From Gammaproteobacteria bacterium (lineage in GTDB: Bacteria > Pseudomonadota > Gammaproteobacteria > JBCCGL01): a stretch of 64,000 nt of DNA. The notes beneath the pieces were generated by a model. It searched no databases. It saw nothing but the letters and a program-made list of their open reading frames with translations, and had not been told where the DNA came from. Both the position numbers and the translations under genes were made by a program. The stretch's first letter is position 1. Each line of letters begins with the position of its first letter. This document shows, one piece after another, positions 44,801-50,800 of this stretch. The DNA lies in contig OZ255836.1 in the NCBI GenBank assembly GCA_965277715.1, forward strand, positions 1,568,001 through 1,632,000, read 5' to 3'.

Positions 44801-47800
44801 GCGCCACCACTGGCTGCACCATCGGCACCCAGGATATCGGCACTATCCGTCAGCACGTTGCCGGTTATATTCGCTGCCTGCGCGGTCGCTGTACCTTCGG
44901 TTACGCTGTTGGTATCCGCCACCGCTGTCGGTATGTCATCAACAATGCCTATCAGCAGATTAGACGTGGTGGTTTGGCCATCGGTTTCGGTCAGGGTCAG
45001 CGCAAAACTGTCTGTCTCAGGCGTTGTTGCATTGCCTACATCCGTAGTCGCACCCGTCAGGGTATAGCTATAACTCACTGCGCCTGTGCCACTGTTAAAA
45101 CCCGTAATGGACAACGTGCCATTACTGCCGGTTATCGTCACCGCTGAACTGGATGTAGCCACCAATTGCGCTGCCGTCAGGGTCATACCGCCCACCTCCA
45201 GGCTGGTCAAACCATCCGGGGTGCTTAGCGTAAATGTGCCCGTTGTCGTTTCACCCGTTCCTGCGGCATTGGAACCACTGCTTAAATCACTTTCCAGGAC
45301 TTGTGCATCAGTACCAGCAATAACGCCGGTATTATCGGTCAAACCATTTATCGTTGGCGCACCGTCATCGGCACCGTTTATGGTAATGGTTAAGGTCGTC
45401 GTCGAGCTATCACCATCACCATCGGTGATCTGATAAGTAAACGTATCCGTAAGGCTACCGCCTGCCCCCAACCCGTTGACGCTGGCATTACTGTCATCCA
45501 GGTCATAGCTGTAGCTGCCGTCTGCGTTGATGCTCAGCGCACCATACATGCCCGTCACAGGGTTTGATAGCGCGACCGGCGTGCCACTGCCCGCTCCCGC
45601 CGCTATACCGCTCACCGCGCCACCACTGGCTGCACCATCGGCACCCAGGGTATCGGCATTATCCGTCAACACATTGCCGGTTATATTCGCTGCCGCTGCG
45701 CTTGTGCCCTCGGTTACGCTGTTGGTATCCGCCACCGCTGTCGGTGCGTCATCAACAATGCCTATCAGCAGATTAGACGTAGTGGTTTGGCCATCCGCTT
45801 CGGTCAGGGTCAGTGCAAAGCTGTCGCTCTCAATGGCATTGCTTACATCCGTAGTCGCACTCGTCAGGGTATAGCTATAACTCACTGCGCCTGTGCCACT
45901 GTTAAAACCCGTGATAGACAACGTGCCGTTGCTACCGGTTATCGTCACCGCTGAGCTGGATGTAGCCACCAGGTCCTGTGCCGTCAGTGTCGTACTGCCC
46001 ACCTGCAGGCTGGTCAAACCATCCGGGGTGCTTAGCGTAAACGTGCCCGTTGTCGTTTCACCCGTTCCCGCCGCATTGGAACCGCTGCTTAAATCACTTT
46101 CCAGTACCTGTGCATCAGTACCCGGAATATTAGCGTTATTATCGATCAGGCCATTTATCGTTGGCGCACCGTCATCGGCACCGTTTATGGTAATCGTTAA
46201 GGTTGTCGTCGAGCTATCACCATCACCATCGGTGATCTGATAAGTAAACGTATCCGTGAGGCTACCGCCTGCTCCCAACCCGTTGACGGTCGCATTACTG
46301 TCATCCAGGTCATAGCTGTAGCTGCCGTCTGCGTTGATAGTCAACGCACCATACATGCCTGTCACAGGGTTTGATAGCGCGACCGGCGTGCCGCTGCCCG
46401 CCACTATACCGCTCACCGCACCCCCACTGGCTGCACCATCGGCACCCAGGGTATCGGCACTGTCCGTCAGCACGTTACCGGTTATATTCGCTGCCGCTGT
46501 GCTTGTGCCCTCGGTTACGCTGTTGGTATCCGCCACCGCTGTCGGTGTGTCATCAACAATGCCTATACTTAACGTACCTGCGGCGGTGGAATTAGTGTCG
46601 TCGGTTACTGTCAGCGCAAAACTGTCGGTCTCGGCTGCGTTGCCTGCATCCGTAGTCGCACCCGTCAGGGTATAGCTATAACTCACTACGCCTGTGCCAC
46701 TGTTAAAACCCGTGATAGACAACGTGCCGTTGCTACCGGCTATCGTCACTGCTGAACTGGATGTAGCCGCCAATTGCGCTGCCGTCAGGGTCATACTGCC
46801 CACCTGCAGGCTGGTCAAACCATCCGGGGTGCTTAGCGTAAACGTGCCCGTTGTCGTTTCACCCGTTCCTGCCGCATTGGAACCGCTGCTTAAATCACTT
46901 TCCAGTACCTGTGCATCAGTGCCCGGAATACTAGCGTTATTATCAGTCAAACCACTTAGGTTAAGACCACCATCGTTGCTGCCATTGATAGTAATCGTCA
47001 GGGTGGTCGTGGCCGTATCACCATCGCCATCGGTAATCTGATAGGTGAAAGTGTCCATCAGGCTTTCACCCGATATCAGGGCATTCACTGCCGTATTGTT
47101 GTCGTCCAGATCATAACTGTAACTGCCGTCTGCGTTGATGGTCAACGCACCATACGCGCCTGTCACAGGTGTTGTTGATATTGTTGCCAACGTGCCGCTT
47201 CCTGCCGCTATACCGCTCACCGCACCCCCACTGGCTGCACCATCGGCACCCAGGGTATCGGCATTATCCGTCAGCACATTGCCGGTTATATTCGCTGCCT
47301 GCGCAGGGTCTATACCCTCAATTACAATATTGGTATCCGCCACCGCTGTCGGTGTGTCATCAACAATGCCTATCAGCAGATTAGACGTGATGGTTTGGCC
47401 ATCCGCTTCGGTCAGGGTCAGCGCAAAGCTGTCGCTCTCGATGGCGTTGTCTACATCCGTAGTTGCACCCGTCAGGGTATAGCTATAATTCACCACGCCT
47501 GTGCCACTGTCAAAACCCGTAATGGACAACGTGCCGTTACTGCCGGTTATCGTCACCGCTGAGCTGGATGTAGCCGCCAATTGCGCTGCCGTCAGGGTCG
47601 TACTGCCCACTTGCAGGCTGGTCAAACCATCCGGGGTGCTTAGCGTAAACGTGCCCGTTGTCGTTTCACCCGTTCCTGCGGCATTGGAACCACTGCTTAA
47701 ATCACTTTCCAAGACTTGTGCATCAGTACCCGGAATATTAGCGTTATTATCGATCAGGCCATTTATCGTTGGCGCACCGTCATCGGCACCGTTTATGGTA

Positions 47801-50800
47801 ATGGTTAAGGTCGTCGTCGAGCTGTCGCCATCACCATCGGTGATCTGATAAGTAAACGTATCCGTAAGGCTACCGCCTGCCTCCAACCCGTTGACGGTGG
47901 CATTACTGTCATCCAGGTCATAGCTGTAGCTACCGTCTGCGTTGATGGTCAGTGCCCCGTACATGCCTGTCACAGGGTTTGATAGCGCGACCGGCGTGCC
48001 GCTGCCCGCCACTATACCGCTCACCGCACCCCCACTGGCTGCACCATCGGCACCCAGGGTATCGGCACTATCCGTCAACACATTGCCGGTTATATTCGCT
48101 GCCGCTGCGCTTGTGCCCTCGGTTACGCTGTTGGTATCCGCCACCGCTGTCGGTGTGTCATCAACAATGCCTATCAGCAGATTAGACGTGGTGGTTTGGC
48201 CATCGGTTTCGGTCAGGGTCAGCGCAAAACTGTCGCTCTCGATGGCGTTGTCTACATCCGTAGTTGCACCCGTCAGGGTATAGCTATAATTCACCACGCC
48301 TGTGCCACTGTCAAAACCCGTAATGGACAACGTGCCGTTGCTACCGGTTATCGTCACTGGAGAACTGGATGTAGCCGCCAATTGCGCTGCCATGATGGTC
48401 GTACTGCCCACTTGCAGGCTGGTCAAACCGTCCGGGGTGCTTAGCGTAAACGTGCCCGTTGTCGTTTCACCCGTTCCTGCGGCATTGGAACCACTGCTTA
48501 AATCACTTTCCAAGACTTGTGCATCAGTACCCGGAATATTAGCGTTATTATCGATCAGGCCATTTATCGTTGGCGCACCGTCATCGGCACCGTTTATGGT
48601 AATGGTTAAGGTCGTCGTCGAGCTGTCGCCATCACCATCAGTGATCTGATAAGTAAACGTATCCGTGAGGCTACCGCCTGCCTCCAACCCGTTGACGGTG
48701 GCATTACTGTCATCCAGGTCATAGCTGTAGCTACCGTCTGCGTTGATGGTCAGTGCGCCATACATGCCTGTCACAGGGTTTGATAGCGCGACCGGCGTGC
48801 CGCTGCCCGCCACTATACCGCTCACCGCACCCCCACTGGCTGCACCATCGGCACCCAGGGTATCGGCACTATCCGTCAACACGTTGCCGGTTATATTCGC
48901 TGCCGCTGCGCTTGTGCCCTCGGTTACGCTGTTGGTATCTGCTACCGCTGTCGGTGTGTCATCAACAATGCCTATCAGCAGATTAGACGTGCTGGTTTGG
49001 CCATCCGCTTCGGTCAGGGTCAGTGCAAAGCTGTCGCTCTCAATGGCGTTGTCTACATCCGTAGTTGCACCCGCCAGGGTATAGCTATAACTCACTGCGC
49101 CTGTGCCACTGTTAAAACCCGTGATAGACAACGTGCCGTTGCTGCCGGTTATCGTCACCGCTGAGCTGGATGTAGCCACCAATTGCGCTGCCGTCAGGGT
49201 CGTACCGCCCACCTGCAGGCTGGTCAAACCATCCGGGGTGCTTAGCGTAAACGTGCCCGTTGTCGTTTCACCCGTTCCTGCGGCATTGGAACCACTGCTT
49301 AAATCACTTTCCAAGACTTGTGCATCAGTACCCGGAATATTAGCGTTATTATCGATCAGGCCATTTATCGTTGGCGCACCGTCATCGGCACCGTTTATGG
49401 TAATGGTTAAGGTCGTCGTCGAGCTGTCGCCATCACCATCAGTGATCTGATAAGTAAACGTATCCGTGAGGCTACCGCCTGCCTCCAACCCGTTGACGCT
49501 GGCATTACTGTCATCCAGGTCATAGCTGTAGCTGCCGTCTGCGTTGATGGTCAGTGCTCCATACATGCCTGTCACCGGGTTTGATAGCGCGACCGGCGTG
49601 CCGCTGCCCGCCACTATACCGCTCACCGCACCCCCACTGGCTGCACCATCGGCACCCAGGGTATCGGCACTATCCGTCAGCACGTTGCCGGTTATATTCG
49701 CTGCCGCTGCGCTTGTGCCCTCGGTTACGCTGTTGGTATCTGCTACCGCTGTCGGTGTGTCATCAACAATGCCTATACTTAACGTGCCTGCGACGGTGGC
49801 ATTAGTGCCGTCGGTTACTGTCAGCGCAAAACTGTCGGTCTCGGCTGCGTTGTCTACATCCGTAGCCGCACCCGTCAGGGTATAGCTATAAATCACTACG
49901 CCTGTGCTACTATCAAAACCCGTGATAGACAACGTGCCGTTACTGCCGGTTATCGTCACCGCTGAGCTGGATGTAGCCGCCAATTGCGCTGCCGTCAGGG
50001 TCGTACTGCCCACTTGCAGGCTGGTCAAACCACCCGGGGCGCTTAGCGTAAACGTGCCCGTTGTCGTTTCACCCGCTCCTGCCGCATTGGAACCGTTGCT
50101 TAAATCACTTTCCAGCACCTGTGCATCAGTGCCAGCAATAACACCGGTATTATCGGTCAGGTCATTTATCGTTGGCGCACCGTCATCGGCACCGTTTATG
50201 GTAATCGTTAAGGTCGTCGTCGAGCTATCACCATCACCATCGGTGATCTGATAAGTGAAGGTATCCGTAAGGCTACCGCCTGCCCCCAACCCGTTGACGG
50301 TCGCATTACTGTCATCCAGGTCATAGCTGTAGCTGCCGTTTGCGTTGATGGTCAGTGCGCCATACATGCCCGTCACCGGGTTTGATAGCACGCCCGGCGT
50401 GCCGCTGCCCGCCACTATACCGCTCACCGCACCCCCACTGGCTGCACCATCGGCACCCAGGGTATCGGCATTATCCGTCAGCACGTTGCCGGTTATATTC
50501 GCTGCCTGCGTGGTCGCTGTACCTTCGGTTACGCTGTTGGTATCCGCCACCGCTGTCGGTGTGTCATCAACAATGCCTATCAGCAGATTAGACGTGATGG
50601 TTTGGCCATCGGTTTCGGTCAGGGTCAGTGCAAAACTGTCGCTCTCGGCTGCGTTACCTGCATCCGTAGCCGCACTCGTCAGGGTATAGCTATAGCTCAC
50701 TACGCCTGTACCACTGTTAAAACCCGTGATAGACAACGTGCCGTTGCTACCGGCTATCGTCACTGCTGAACTGGATGTAGCCGCCAATTGCGCTGCCGTC

